DNA of 64,000 nt from Octopus vulgaris (Eukaryota). Numbering within the stretch: position 1 is the stretch's first letter; the number at the start of each line of letters is the position of its first letter. The notes beneath the pieces are model-generated. The model was not told where the DNA came from. It made no database searches and worked only from the letters and a program-made list of their open reading frames with translations. A program made the position numbers and the translations under genes. Location: positions 1,116,001 to 1,180,000 of the forward strand of contig OX597832.1 in NCBI GenBank assembly GCA_951406725.2. Direction: 5' to 3'. Shown in pieces: positions 15,843-28,890 of the stretch.

Positions 15843-17520
15843 TATCATCATCATCATTTAATGTCTGTTTTTTATGCTGGCGTGGGTTGGATGGTTTGGC
15901 AGAAACTGACCAGCTGGATGCCTTTCCTAATGCCAACCACTTTACAGGGTGTGTTGGGTGCTTTTTTTTGTGCCACCAGCATGGGTGCACTCTCTTATGT
16001 AGCTAGAGTATGTGCTACCTGGGGTGGCTCTTCCATTTACTGCTCCCGGACCCCACAAAAAAACATTTCCTACAACAGACCCAAAATTGCAGCCCCTTTA
16101 AAAGTGCCACCTGGGGTGGACTGCCCCTACAACCACCCCAGCTATGCTAGTGGTTGCACTTCCATAATATCAGCATGAGTGCATTTGATGTGGTACTGGT
16201 ACCTGCAAAGGACATGCTTGTATGTATGGATGGCTGCGATTTTACTTAGCTTGATGTGTCTTCCCAAGTACAGCAAATCTCCACAGATTCCAGTCCCTTG
16301 TCATCTTCTCATTGAATCCCAGAGTCTGAAGATCTTTTCTCACCACTTTGCCGCATGTCTTCCTGGGTCTACTACTTTGACAGGTTCCCTCCACAATTAG
16401 AAATTGGCACTTATCTGTTCTCATATCTGTTCTCATCACATGACCATACCATACTTGCACACATCTTATGCCTCTTATACCCAGTTTTTCTCTTTAATTA
16501 TTTACTTTCTGTTATGTGTGTACACTGACTTTACCCAAACAGCAGAGTATGCTAGCTTTATTTTTTCAAGCCTTCACAAGTCCTCTGTAGTCATAGCCTA
16601 TGTTTCACTGTCATGTAGCATAGCTGTACATATATGGGTATCATATAATCTGCCTTTCACTGTGAGGGAGAAGCTCTTAGTTACTAACAAAGGTAGTAGC
16701 TCTCTGAACTTCACCCAGCTCATTCTTATTTTAGCAACTATGCTCTTGTAACAATCTCCTCCCCTGCTAAATTGGTCAGCTTGATAACAAGCTATTTACT
16801 ACTTCTAATGTTCCCCTGAGCATTTGAGGAAGTTTATTGTTTGGACAATTTTAGTGCTTATTGTACATGCACATTTTCCACACAAAGACTATTTTCTCTT
16901 TTATCCTTCTTTGTATGTGTCCAAAGCTTGCACTGGGTATAACGTATGGAGTTTTTACCAATACCCTTACATATCAAGCAAGGCCGTCTCCCTGAAGGGA
17001 CTTGTAATTTTGTCCAGGACTTTGATCTTTGCTAACTCTAAGGCCCTTAGATTCCAGACCTTACTTCCGCACCTGAAATTTTTTCTCTAAGTTAGGTAGT
17101 GATTCAACTATCAGAACATAGTCATCAACATAGAGGAGCTTCCAGGGGCAGCCAGTCTTGAATTCTTCTGTTATGACCAGGAGGACTATGATAAACAAGA
17201 AGGGACTGAGGATTGATCCTTGGTGAACTTCTACTTGTACACTAAATTCGCTAAATTGTACACTAAATTCACTAACTCTCTCTGTAACTTTCATTACCTG
17301 GTCCAGCAATTTGAAACCTCTGTAATTTTTTCTATCTAAGGCATCACCTTTCCTTTTGTAACAGTTGACTATGGTATTGCTTACACCAGCTGTTGGGTAT
17401 GACTCCCTCACAGACAACCTGATTAACTATACAGGTGACTAGGCCATATTCCATTCTCCTAGATATTTTAAGCATCTCAGCAGTTATTCCTGATGTGCTG
17501 GGGGCTTTCCTTGTCTTCTT
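15843..17520 (-). mobile_element. Decayed RTE family A copy, tail-to-tail with the previous copy
   Basis: tcatcatcatc tail; ORF pieces NCYKRKGDALDRKNYRG, VHQGSILSP and LLYVDD. Confidence 0.88.
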
Positions 17521-17949
17521 ATCCTTCTGTATATGTATGTAGGTATGTATGTATGTTTATATGCATATGTATATGCGCATGTATATATGTGTATGCATGT
17601 ATATGCATGTTGCACATGTGTATGTATGCATTTATAGGAATGCAAGTGGGTACACGTGAATATATGTGATTCTAGGTATAGATATTTTATATAAGCATGG
17701 ATTTATATATGAGTATGTGTGGATATTGATATACATCACCATAGAAAATGAATCATCAGCTAATATTCAGTTAGGTATGCAACAAAGTTTTGATAAAGAA
17801 GAATTGTGCACATCACTCGATTATCAGCTGAATTTAATGCACAAAAGAAGAGGTGTACTATAAAGGTGAAATAAACTGAAATACAGGAATCTACCTAAAT
17901 CCACCGCAAGTTTGACTGAACTAAAAAAATCGGTCAGAAAATAACATAC

Positions 17950-18772
17950 AGCTCTGGTTATAAATTCCAGACCACATTGTACCCTAGGCCATGCTGACTA
18001 ACATTATTTTACCTGTATAAAAACTAAATCCACAGCAGTACCCAGTATTTGCTTCACAAATTCTCCAAACTTTGATCCCCATTTCATGGGTTTTCCTAGC
18101 ATATACTGTTTGTTTACATTCTGCATAACAGTTTGTTTCCACAGTGATCACTTCAAACAAGCATACTGAAAAAAATAAAAGTCTAACGGTTTCGCTTCCT
18201 AAGAAAGACTATTGATAGACCCCTATCTCCTCAGAAAAATTGCTAATAAAGACATTTTAAAAGTTTCACTTCATTCCGATGCAAAATCATCTTTGCTGTT
18301 GCTATCGCCGCTTTCAGTTTCTTCAGAATCGCTGCTTTCAGTTTCGGATACAGAAGTATCCCATTCATTTTTGTACACCATGTGCTTTTGTACCTTATTC
18401 ATTCTTTTTCTCAATATCTCCTTATTTTCTGTTGAAAAACCTTTAAATTCGGAATCACTGGTTGATGGCATGAAACTGCTATCCATTTTTAAAGTTGAAA
18501 AAAAAAATTGACGCTGAAAAAATGTGGAAAAAATCTCCCAAAATTCACTGAGTTCAGATATCATGTCAGGCTATGCTGTATACTACTATAACTCAACTAT
18601 TTACAAAATGAAATCACATACTTTCATGAATGTACTAACGAGATTTGTGCTTAAATTCACATTTAAATAACAATCGGTACTCTTGGCCGGCTATGGCTGG
18701 GTTGGATTTTTGGATTTATGAACCAAAAAATTTTTCAGATGGCTATGGCCAGGTTAATATTGAAAGTGTTAA
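17950..18772 (-). mobile_element. piggyBac transposon remnant (5' end, acidic N-terminus, core fragment)
   Basis: Minus terminus TTAA-CACTTT at 18772; acidic ORF 18271-18564; KQYMLGKPMKWG/IKVWRICEANTGYCCGFSFYTGK at about 18010-18115. Confidence 0.75.
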
Positions 18773-19630
18773 ACAGAAATGAGGACTCCTGGGGAACTTT
18801 AGCAGATTTTACACATATCTATCTTAAAAGATGCTGAGTTTATAAAAGTTATCACGGAGCAATTAAAGATTTCTGTAGAATTTATGAGGTAATTTAAAGC
18901 CATCCATGCAACGATCTAAATTTGAAGCAAATAACATGATAATTGAAGAAACCAATGACTGAAAACAAATTGAATAATGTACAGGACTTAATAAACGAAT
19001 AATTCGCATTTTGCATTCCCTGAGTAATCTGGATTGAATGTAACTGCACCTGCATCATCAATGTCGCATAATTAATCTTCATGTTAAGTTTCACCAAAAT
19101 CAGATAAAAATGTAAAAGATACGGCGAAAGGTAGGTTTATTATGGGTAATTAATTGCACACAAAATGTCTATTAATTTTATAATATTTCCTTGCTCACGC
19201 ACAATTATCGATTTTTTTTTGTCAACTCCACATGCCACATTCAACTTATGGGCATGAACTGTAATCACATGTAACATATCTTAAAAATCAATAGAATAGT
19301 CTCTGAAAAAATCTGATACACACTTGTGCCCTTCTGATTCATCTGGAATTAAATTAAAACTTTTACTGTCTCTCTGATCAAAGAATTTACCTAAATCTCA
19401 AATTTCATTAAAATCGTTATGGGGATTTCCATTCAAATGTCCAATTGAGCTCACAAAAATCAGTGCCAACTGAGCATTATCAAGTTTTCAAAAAATTTCA
19501 GCCTTATTTTAAACTTCAGGGCATGTGATCTATCTATGTGCCAAAAATCATTAAAATCTGTTGGACAGTGTGGGAGGAGCTAAAGTAACCCCAAACACAC
19601 ACACAGACGGACATCATTACACATTTATGT

Positions 19631-19763
19631 ATTCTTTGTAAGCCTAGTGCTTATTCTCTCAGTCTCTTTTGCCGAACCGCTAAGTTACGGGGACGTAAAC
19701 ACACCAGCATCGGTTGTCAAGCGATGTTGGGGGGACAAACACAGACACACAAACATAACACAC

Positions 19764-19806
<43 letters not shown>

Positions 19807-19968
19807 ACAGGCTTCTTTCAGTTTCCGTCTACCAAATCCACTCACAAGGCTTTGGTTGGCCCGAGGCTATAGTAGAAGACACTTGCCCAAGGTGCCTCGC
19901 AGTGGGACTGAATCCGGAACCATGTGGTTCATAAGCAAGCTACTTTCCACACTGCCACTCCTACGCCT
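19631..19968 (-). mobile_element. tRNA-derived SINE family 1 (head + ccttgggcaag core + internal CA/TA microsatellite + 3' part)
   Basis: A-box-like tggcagtgtgg and B-box-like gattcagtcc on the minus strand; multiple copies in the window. Confidence 0.88.
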
Positions 19969-20564
19969 ATATATATATATATAATGGATTAAATCAACCA
20001 AAGAGCAGCCTGTTTACTTACTTAATTTAACATTGGCATATTTATATCTGTATTTGTAGCTGCAGTAATGCTTATATTTCCAATGCTTACCATATTCTCA
20101 CCCCCTGCAGGTTTGCTGAACCTGTACTATTGTACCAAATTTGGTATTTTTGGTGTGCGGTACTACGTGCGGTATTATGTTGCAATAATTTGGTACTTTT
20201 TTCAAATTTTTTCACTTTATGTATAAACATTACTTTTGGACTAACTATTTTATATCAAAATATATTTTGCGACATTTTATGAGGCAGTTTATGGTCTAAT
20301 TGGTAGCTAGTTGGTATAGAATGTGTTCAAAATGTGTATCATACATACCATCTAATATCGCTGGCTTGCCAACTCTAATGCCAGTCATTAGCATGTTTTA
20401 TACATAAGTGGCATGTGCTTCCTTATTATCTCTTAAACTTTTATCAGTTGTGAGTGATTTATAACCCTCATGATGTAGGGTGGGTCTCAGGAACTATTAA
20501 AAATGTTAATTCAGAAAATAAAAGTGAACTTTTTGCAGCCTACAACTTCTGTTCATATTTACAA

Positions 20565-20862
20565 ACGTAGCTGCTGTGGAACTTAAGCTTTGTTCCTTCA
20601 TTGCAGAACATAACTTATCAGTGAGACTCATTGATCATTTACCTGGACTAATTCAGAATGCATGTCCTGATTCCAAAATAGCTAAAGATGTTAAATGTGC
20701 AAGAACTAAAGCTACTCAAATATATAAAAATGTTTTAGGCCCTTATTACTTTGAAAACCTCATTAAACAATTGAAAGAGTGCAAGTTTTCATTAATCATT
20801 GATGAAACTACTGATGTCAGTACGAAAAAACAGCTTGTTATGTTAGCTAGATTTTATGATTG
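20565..20862 (+). mobile_element. hAT-family transposase fragment
   Basis: FIAEHNLS...CPDSKIAKDVKCARTKAT...FSLIIDETTDVSTKKQL, containing the first catalytic D motif. Confidence 0.85.
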
Positions 20863-22090
20863 TAAATCATTGTACCTAGCGTTCATTGGCCTGGAGAAAG
20901 CTTTCAACAGGGTTCCCTGCTCTCTTATTTGGTGGTCTCTAAGGAAGCTAGGAGTAGAGGAGTGGCTTGTTAGAGCGGTTCAGGCCATGTACAGCAATGC
21001 TGTCAGTAAGGTGATAGTTGGCCTTGAATACAGTGATGAATTTAATGTACAAGTTGGAGTAAACCAATGATCAGTTCCTAGTCCACTCTTATTCATTGTA
21101 GTTCTCCAGGCCATAACAGATGAATTCAAAACTGGATTCTCATAGGAACTGCTATATGCTGATCTTGCTGTTATTGCAGAATCTGAAGCAGAATTGGAGA
21201 AGTTCCGGGTTTGGAAGCAAAACCTGGAATCAGAGGTTCTTAAAGTTAACTTAGCTAAGTCTAAAGTTGTTGTTAGCGAGATAGGAGATAAGACTCCCAT
21301 TCCGGCTGGCAAATGGCCCTATTCAATATGTAGGAAAAGAGTAGGATTTAATTCCATTTGCTGCACCAAGTATAAGCTATGGATGCATAAGAGATGCAGT
21401 GGAATTATGGGAAGGTTATCAAATAAAGTCACTTTCATCTGTGGCAGATGTGCAGGAACAGTAAGTATTATGAGCACGAAGGACTGAAACTCTCTCAAAG
21501 ACCCAAGAGGCTCCTTTGAGGTAGTAGATAATTTCTGCTATTTAGGAGACCAAATTAGTAACGGTGTTGGATGCTCTGAAAGTATTGTTTCTAGAATAAG
21601 AATAGGGTGGAGGAAGTTCAGGGAACTACTACCTCTGTTGGCAAGAAAAGGACTCTCTCTCAGAGTGAAAGGTAGATTATATGATGCTTGTGTAAAAAGA
21701 GCTATGTTGCATCGTAGTGAGACATGGGCTCTGACTGCAGAGGACATGTAGGCTGGAGAGGAATGAAGGTATTATACTTTGTTGGATTTGCAACATCAGA
21801 GTGCATGACCGATAAAGCACAACTGTGTTGAGAGAAAAGTTGGGCATAAGAGGGATTAAGTGTGGTATGCAAGAGAGGAGAATGTGTTGGTTAGGACATG
21901 TGATGTGTATGAGTGAAGACAGCTGTATACAGAAATGCCTGTCGCTGAAAGTGGATGGGCCTATGGAGGAGGGAAACTCAGGAAGACATGGGATGAAGTG
22001 TTGAGGACTGACCTTAGGATGTTGGGACTCACAGAGGAAATGACAGTGGACCAAGATGTTTGGCAATATGAGGTTCTAGTGAAAACTCGA
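20863..22090 (+). mobile_element. Decayed RTE family A copy abutting the hAT fragment
   Basis: LYLAFIGLEKAFNRVP, LLYAD, PHD-like segment and LRKTWDEVLR; stops and frameshifts. Confidence 0.9.
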
Positions 22091-22399
22091 CGAAATTGTG
22101 TTAGAAGAGTTGTGTCCCTTACTTGCTTAAGGCAGTCCATCTTGACAGATGACGACGTCTTTGATCCTTAGGGGTTGTCTTGATGGCATTGGCAGGCCCT
22201 CTCGTGGTTGAAAAGGGCAATTCCGGAGGCACATGTCTGATTACACTGAGAGCAGCAAAGAGGGCTCTGATGAAGATGCGCTCATCTAGGATTTTGCTGA
22301 TGTTCTTTGAGCTGTCTCCGCTTTTCTTCATGAAGTCTAGTCCACTCATCCTCAAAATGCTGCGTACAAGTTTTGACCATACCCCTCCAGGTAATATGG

Positions 22400-23600
22400 T
22401 CTGTGGCCAGTATTTCAAGTTCACCAGGGGTGGGGTGGGCAGTTGCAGAGCTTCAGGGATTTCTTGAGATGATCTTTATATTGCTTCTTTGGACCTCTGT
22501 GCGGTCAGTTACCCTCTGCTAACTCCCCCAAAAGGACAATCTTGGGTATACGGTTTTCTGGTATCCTAATAACATGCCCCACTCAGCGCAGTTGACGTTC
22601 AAGGATCATGCATTCGACGCTGGTCAATTTCCAGGTCAGATGAAGAATGCGCTGGAGACAGCGGATATGAATAGATTTGAGGATTTTGATATGACGACGA
22701 TAAAGCGTCCAGGTTTCTGAGGCATACAGAAGCATGGAAACCACAACAGCACGATAAACCTTGATTTTCGTGGAGAGATTCAGATCACTATCCTTGAGAC
22801 GTACAAAAGTGGAGGAGGCAAGGTGGATGCGATTCTGAATTTTGTGGTCAATGACCCCATTGTTTGAGATGATGCAACTCAAATAGGTGAATTTCTTGTG
22901 TTCTTTAGCTGGTTGTCTTGGAGCGAAAGTGTCACAGGGGGTGAACCATTTTTGGAGCATTGAAGGATCTCTGTTTTCTTGGTGTTGACCTGGAGTCCAG
23001 CCCAATGATAGGCATTGCACACAACATCTAGATTCTGCTGAAAGCTGGCTGGTTCATGGGTGAGAGCTTCGCAGTCATCAGCATACTGTAATTCGAAGAG
23101 GGTGGTGAACTAAGTCTTTGTTAGTGATTTTAGTCTCCTCAAGTTGAAGAGACTGCCATTGTGGTGATATCAAATTGGGATGCCATCTTCGGGGTTGAGG
23201 TTGTATCGAGATAGTGAGGTCACAGTCACAAGCAACACATTGAAAAGGACAGGGGCCAGGACACAGCCTTGTTTAACACCGACTTGAACGTTGGAGTAGT
23301 CAGACTGATCACCACCCAATGTCACACATGCTTGCACGGCAAGAAGCTTAGGAGGGCGTCCATACCTCTGCAGGACATTCCATAGTAGTGGATGGCTAAT
23401 AGTATCAAAAGCCTTAGATAGGTCAATAAAGGCAAACGAGGCATCACGCTGTTGTTCTCAACACTTCTCTAACAGCAGGCTGGAGACAAAGACCATGCTG
23501 ATAGTGGTATGGTTAGCTCTAAAACCGCATTGAGACCCTAGGAGGATTCCTTCAACTAGCTCTAAAACCGCTTTGGGACTCTGGGAGGATTCCTTGTATC
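22400..23600 (-). mobile_element. Decayed RTE LINE, BovB-like (distinct from family A)
   Basis: SQCGFRA, FIDLSKAFD, GVKQGCVLAPVLFN, LQYADD, KIKVYRAVVVSMLLYASETW and RIPKIVLLGEL. Confidence 0.85.
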
Positions 23601-23904
23601 CCACCCACGTGTAACAATACACTTTTCATCCATTCTAGCCTAAGAAACTGAACTACAACTCTTATAACTGCATCTTTCACTTCCTCACATTTCCTCTTTG
23701 TAAATTATGGTTGTTTCCAATTCCCTCTTTCTTGCCCTCACTACCCTGCTCACTGTATTGCAGCTCCCCTCCTCCAATACTCACATCCTATTTTTCTAAC
23801 CAGGTTCAACGCTCATATTCTTGTTACTTGTGAGTATTCCCTAGCACTACACCATCTCTCTTCTACTCTCTCTTACACTTTTGTTGTTTCCTACTCTCTC
23901 TTTC

Positions 23905-24693
23905 TAATGATTAGACAGAGGTCCAATAGAATAACTCTCAGAAACAGACTATGTACAAATTCGTTCTTCACAACTCCTGAAGCTGTTTTCAGATATGATC
24001 CATCCCATTCTTATAAAAATAATAACTCTGTCCAAATTTGTGTGCTAAACACAAATTATCTTTTCTGTAAAGCTTTAAAATTTTCATATGAAACAAATGG
24101 TATGTGCTGCTCAAGTGGTCAGGTAACATTGCCAGCACTACCAGCTCCTTCTCAACCTCTTATGGATCTTCTAGAAGGCATTTCCATCCAGTCAAAGGAT
24201 TTTCTGAACAATATCAGACAATACAACTCTGCAATTGACATCGTTTGTTGCATCTAAGAAGATAGATAAACATGAATTTACGACGACATCAAAGTTCAAG
24301 GGCAAGTCTATCACCTCATTCGATCCCTGTTACCCACAAATGAACAACCACAGTTCGGCCAAATTTACTTTATGAGTGATGTAGGACAACAAACCCGAAG
24401 GAGGTGTCAACATTTCAGATGATGGGTCATGTAAGACACAGCGCCGACTGCTGCAAAAGAGAGTATATCTAATGACAGCTTCTCGGTGCATTCAAAAATC
24501 ACATAGCTCCCACAGGGCCTGAAATACTCCAAATGGATGCATAGCATGTTTTTCAGTCAAATTAGCCCATCATTTACTCCACAAATGTTTTGTTGTCAAT
24601 GCTGCACTTTCTCATATCACCTATTTCAACATAACTGTAATATATACAAACTATGGCATTTTAATCCTGAGCGACGCCAGATGTCTCTACTAG
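23905..24693 (+). mobile_element. Helitron remnant (Rep/Hel N-terminal region plus 3' CTAG end)
   Basis: FCKALKF..ETNGMCCSSGQV.LP..FLNNIRQYNSA and KVQGQVYHLI; 3' gcgacgcc...CTAG|T at 24690-24694. The 5' end was not located. Confidence 0.85.
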
Positions 24694-24869
24694 TACATAT
24701 ATATACATGTATATGTATACATGTATATGTATACATGTATATATATAGATGTACATGTGATATGTACACATATATATACACATATATACATACATACTTT
24801 TATTTATACATATGTATATATACATATACATACATATCTACACACACAAGCATATACACACACACATAT

Positions 24870-25027
24870 GCAGGTGTGGCTGTGTGGTAAGAAACTTGGT
24901 TCCAAAACACTTGGTCCTGGGTTCAGTCCCACTGTGTGGTGACTTGGCATGTGTCTTCTGTAGCCTCAGACCAATCAAAGCCTTGTGAGTGGATTTCATA
25001 GACAGAAACTGAAAGAAATCAATCGTA
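24870..25027 (+). mobile_element. SINE family 1 head followed by (CA)n
   Basis: gtggctgtgtggtaag (A box) and gggttcagtcc (B box). Confidence 0.85.
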
Positions 25028-25062
25028 TACATGCATGCATGCATACATACATGCATACACAC

Positions 25063-25138
<76 letters not shown>

Positions 25139-25381
25139 TACATACAGTTTATTTACATCCCCATAACTTACTGGTTTGAGAAAAAGAAACTGCTAGAGTA
25201 AGTACCAGGCTTATTGAAATAAAAAAAAGCACTAGGCAGTGTCTCATATTTTTGTTTGCCCACTCAATTGTATCTATCAATCTTTTTGTGCATATATATC
25301 TATGTATAGATAAATATATATATATATATAATACACACACACACACACACATATATATGTATGTATATGTGCATATTCATA

Positions 25382-27097
25382 TCTATTATGTAAAAGTCAA
25401 TGTCTTTATGTGTGTTCTTGTGTTACTTATACATTTGAAAACTACTGCACCGATGCTAATGAAATTTGGAACACAAAATACAAGCCTAGGGAGAAGGGTA
25501 ATGCTGTATCTTTCATACAATTTCATGGACCAAAATTACTGAATGGATCCTTATGATATTTGGAACTTAGATTCAATGCATAAGGGCGGGTATAATGCAG
25601 TATGTTTGGTTTGAATTTGAGATGGCTTAAAGGGGGCAGAACCCCACCATGAAAGTTCATAAATTTTCAATGTTGATGAAATTTCAACCATGGGTAATTG
25701 ACGCACATCAAGAAGTTGTACCAAAGTTTCTGCTTATCATGAGGATTCTAAGACCCCCCCCCCCCAATGAGGGCCTTAACTCCCAAATTTTAGTCATTTT
25801 TTATGATCCAAAACTAGCTCAAAAGTACTGAATGAATCTTTATGAAATTTGGAAATTATATTCTCTGCATAAGGGCATATGTGATGCAGCATATCTTTGA
25901 AAGTGAGGGGCATAAATGAGGCCATAACCCCCATGAAAATTCATATATTTTAACCATAGATATTAGACACAAATGAAGTAATATTTCTAAAATTTTAACT
26001 TCTTAGAAGTTGGAAAGACCTCTTAACACCCACAATTTTGTCATTTTTCCTAAGCAAAGACAAAGACAATTCTACTCTTGGAAGCTGTAGGGTCACCTGA
26101 ACATAAAAGATGAGTGTTATTTGTAATTCAATGGTACAACAGTGTAAGAGTTTGCTTTGAGATATACTTAGATTGTGATTTCTGCAATGTGGTACATAAA
26201 TTGTCAAGTAAAGGAGAGGCATCTTTGCCTCCACTGATTCAGTTGCATAGTGTTGAGTAAAGTTATTTGGTTGCAGACCTCCTTTGAGTCTTTTTATTAT
26301 CACTGGGTTACAGTAAGTCCCCAGATGGTAACATTGATTTCAAGGCCTTCTCAGATAAGTGACAGGTTATTCAGAGACATTTATAGATTGCAAATTCATT
26401 CTGTCCAGTTGCCTATCGACATAGTGATCATTGGCAAACTTTCATTTCCCCTTAGCCCTCACATCACACAGTTGTTAATGTTTATTTGAGTTGGGTCATG
26501 CCCTTCCAATTGTTATAGATCTGTAATGCATCTTATCGCTGTGCTCGTCACCTGTATAGTGAGGAATCCTACATTGGGAGTGGTAACGACTAGGGTAGGG
26601 TAGCTGACTGCTTATTCTGATCATTCGTCTTTTGGTTTCCTGTAGCTTTGTTCTCTTTTACAAACCTAGTGAACATAGATATATTTCCGATTTCAAAGAA
26701 ATTCGAATAATAGATATAAGACCCAAGTTAAAAAGATTCTCAACAATTCAACTTCTCTGGTTGACTCTAAGACACCCACCCCCAATAGGGACCTTAGCTC
26801 CCACATTTTAGAGCTCCATGAGCTCCTACATTTTTCAGGAGCAAAAACCTTTTAGCAGGTTCCATAAGATTTGAATTTTGGAATCTGGGCATAAAGATGA
26901 GTAGTATGGGATAAATGTGTCATGATTAGAATTTTTGTTAGGGTGTGTAAAGAGGGAAAGAACCCTCATTAAAATTCTTCATCTGCAATTTTGATGAAAT
27001 TCGAATCGTAAGTATTGACTTCATTAGAGAAAATATAACAGAAAAGTCTAATTCTTCAATTCCATGTGACACGGGCAATGCCGGGTATCTCTGCTAG
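25382..27097 (+). mobile_element. Non-autonomous Helitron with internal repeats
   Basis: A|TC 5' end; 3' hairpin-like cgggcaatgccgg plus CTAG|T; internal duplicated segments at about 25530 and 25820. Confidence 0.7.
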
Positions 27098-27311
27098 TAC
27101 ATATATAAAGGTAAAAAATTAATGAGTGCATGTGTTACATAAATAATATTTTCAGGATTAAATATTACACACACACACACATATATATATATACACACAC
27201 CCCAAGTGTTTATGATGTTTTAAAAATAAATTGATTTTTTTCTGTGTTCAAATCCTTCATTTTTCCTTATATTATACTATATATGCATGTGTGTGTGCCT
27301 ATATATATGCA

Positions 27312-28575
27312 CTTATCCGGAAAGTTTTAAGTATTTTTAAGTATTTTTAAGCTAAATCTTTTAATGTTTCATTGGACACACTTGAAACGTAACACAGTTA
27401 AAACTTTGGTATCACTTCAAGTGGTAGTGTGTCTCTTCTTTGTTCCTGACTAAAAATAGATTTATCTTTCATTCCAGTTACCCTTTATTAATATTTGAAA
27501 TGGATAACCAAAAATTTCATATTTGCGTTATGCTTTTCCGTTTTTAAAAAAAGGAGAAAATACTGCAAAATGAAGTTTATGGTGATGATGCTGTAAGTGA
27601 ATCAACTGTTTGAAAGTGGTGTGCAAAATTTAAAACTGGAGAGTTGGTTTAGCTTGGAAGATGACAGTTGCAGTGGAAAACCTTCAAAACTGGATGAAGA
27701 TGTTTTGAAGGGGAAAATTAAAGAAAACTTAAATATCACAACTAGAGAACTTGTAGAGGAGGTGGAAGTTTCTAAAAGTATGGCTTATGAACTTGTAGTG
27801 AAGCTAGGATACATTTATCACTGTAATGTATGGGTTCCTCACAAACTCTCAGAAAAGAATTGCTAGAACCAGTTTTCTGTTTGTGATATGCTTTTGAAAT
27901 GGAATGAAAGCATGCTTTTTTTGAAACACCTTGTGACTGGAGATGAAAAATGGATTGTGTACAAAAACGTAGTGTGGAAAAGATCCTGGAGTTTACATTA
28001 GGTTCCCCCAAAACAGCAACCAAAGGTGAATATCTATGCCAAAAAAGCTATGCTTTGTGTTTGTAGGGATCATAAAGGCATTATGGATTATGTGCTTCTC
28101 TCGCTAAATCAGACCATTAATTCTGATGTGTACTGTGATCAACTGGCCAATTTGAACCAAAAAATCAAAGAATTGAGGCTGGAGATTGTCAACAGGAAAG
28201 AGGTAGTGTTCCAACAAGACAATACCTGATCACATGTGTATTTGGCTATCTGAACAAAATTACATGAATTTGGCTAGGATCTCTTACACCATCTGCCATT
28301 TTCTCCGACTACCACCTGTTTTTGTCTCTACAGAACTCTTTGCAAGGAAAAACATTTAACAATTTAGATGGAATCAAAATGCATCTAGATGACTTTTTTT
28401 TTTTTCAAAACTAGTCAGGTTTTATGTTGATGGAATATTTAAATTGCCTGATAGATGGGCAAAGGTCATTAATAATAATGGAAATTATTTAATTGAATAA
28501 AATTTATTGAAAGGTCAATTATTTACACCCCTTTTTGCATATTAAAAAATGCTCAGAACTTTCTGGATAACCTTA
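27312..28575 (+). mobile_element. Near full-length decayed mariner (DD34D-type)
   Basis: TIRs ttatccggaaagttttaagtattttt and aaaaatgctcagaactttctggataa; motifs WVPHKL, TGDEKWIVY and FQQDN. Confidence 0.92.
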
Positions 28576-28599
28576 TACATACATATATACATCTGTATT

Positions 28600-28890
28600 G
28601 ATACTCCCAGCACATGTACTCATTCAGATTCAGGGATAGCGAAAACCCTACTTCCCTGTCTCTCTTTCTCTGGAAACTCCATGACCACCAAGATGAAACA
28701 TCCAGCATCAAGTGCACTATTGTTGACAGGGCACCACCATATTCACCCAGTGTCCCTAATTGCCAGTTCTGCCTCTGCAAAAAAAAACTGCAATCCTCTA
28801 CCAACCCCACAGTAGTCATCAACAAGAAGTATGATCTATCCTATTGCTGTTACCAAAGGTATGCCCTACTGCTAAATTCAAGCCACTGGC
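28600..28890 (+). mobile_element. PLE GIY-YIG C-terminal fragment (Naiad-like)
   Basis: TSLSLFLWKLHD...IKCTIVDRAPPYSPSVPNCQFCLCKK...INKKYDLSYCC. Confidence 0.6.

Noticed and set aside
18780-19625. Possible Helentron/DINE-like non-autonomous element
   Set aside because: Only a vague 3'-end resemblance (aaatc..cagacggaca); termini could not be defined.
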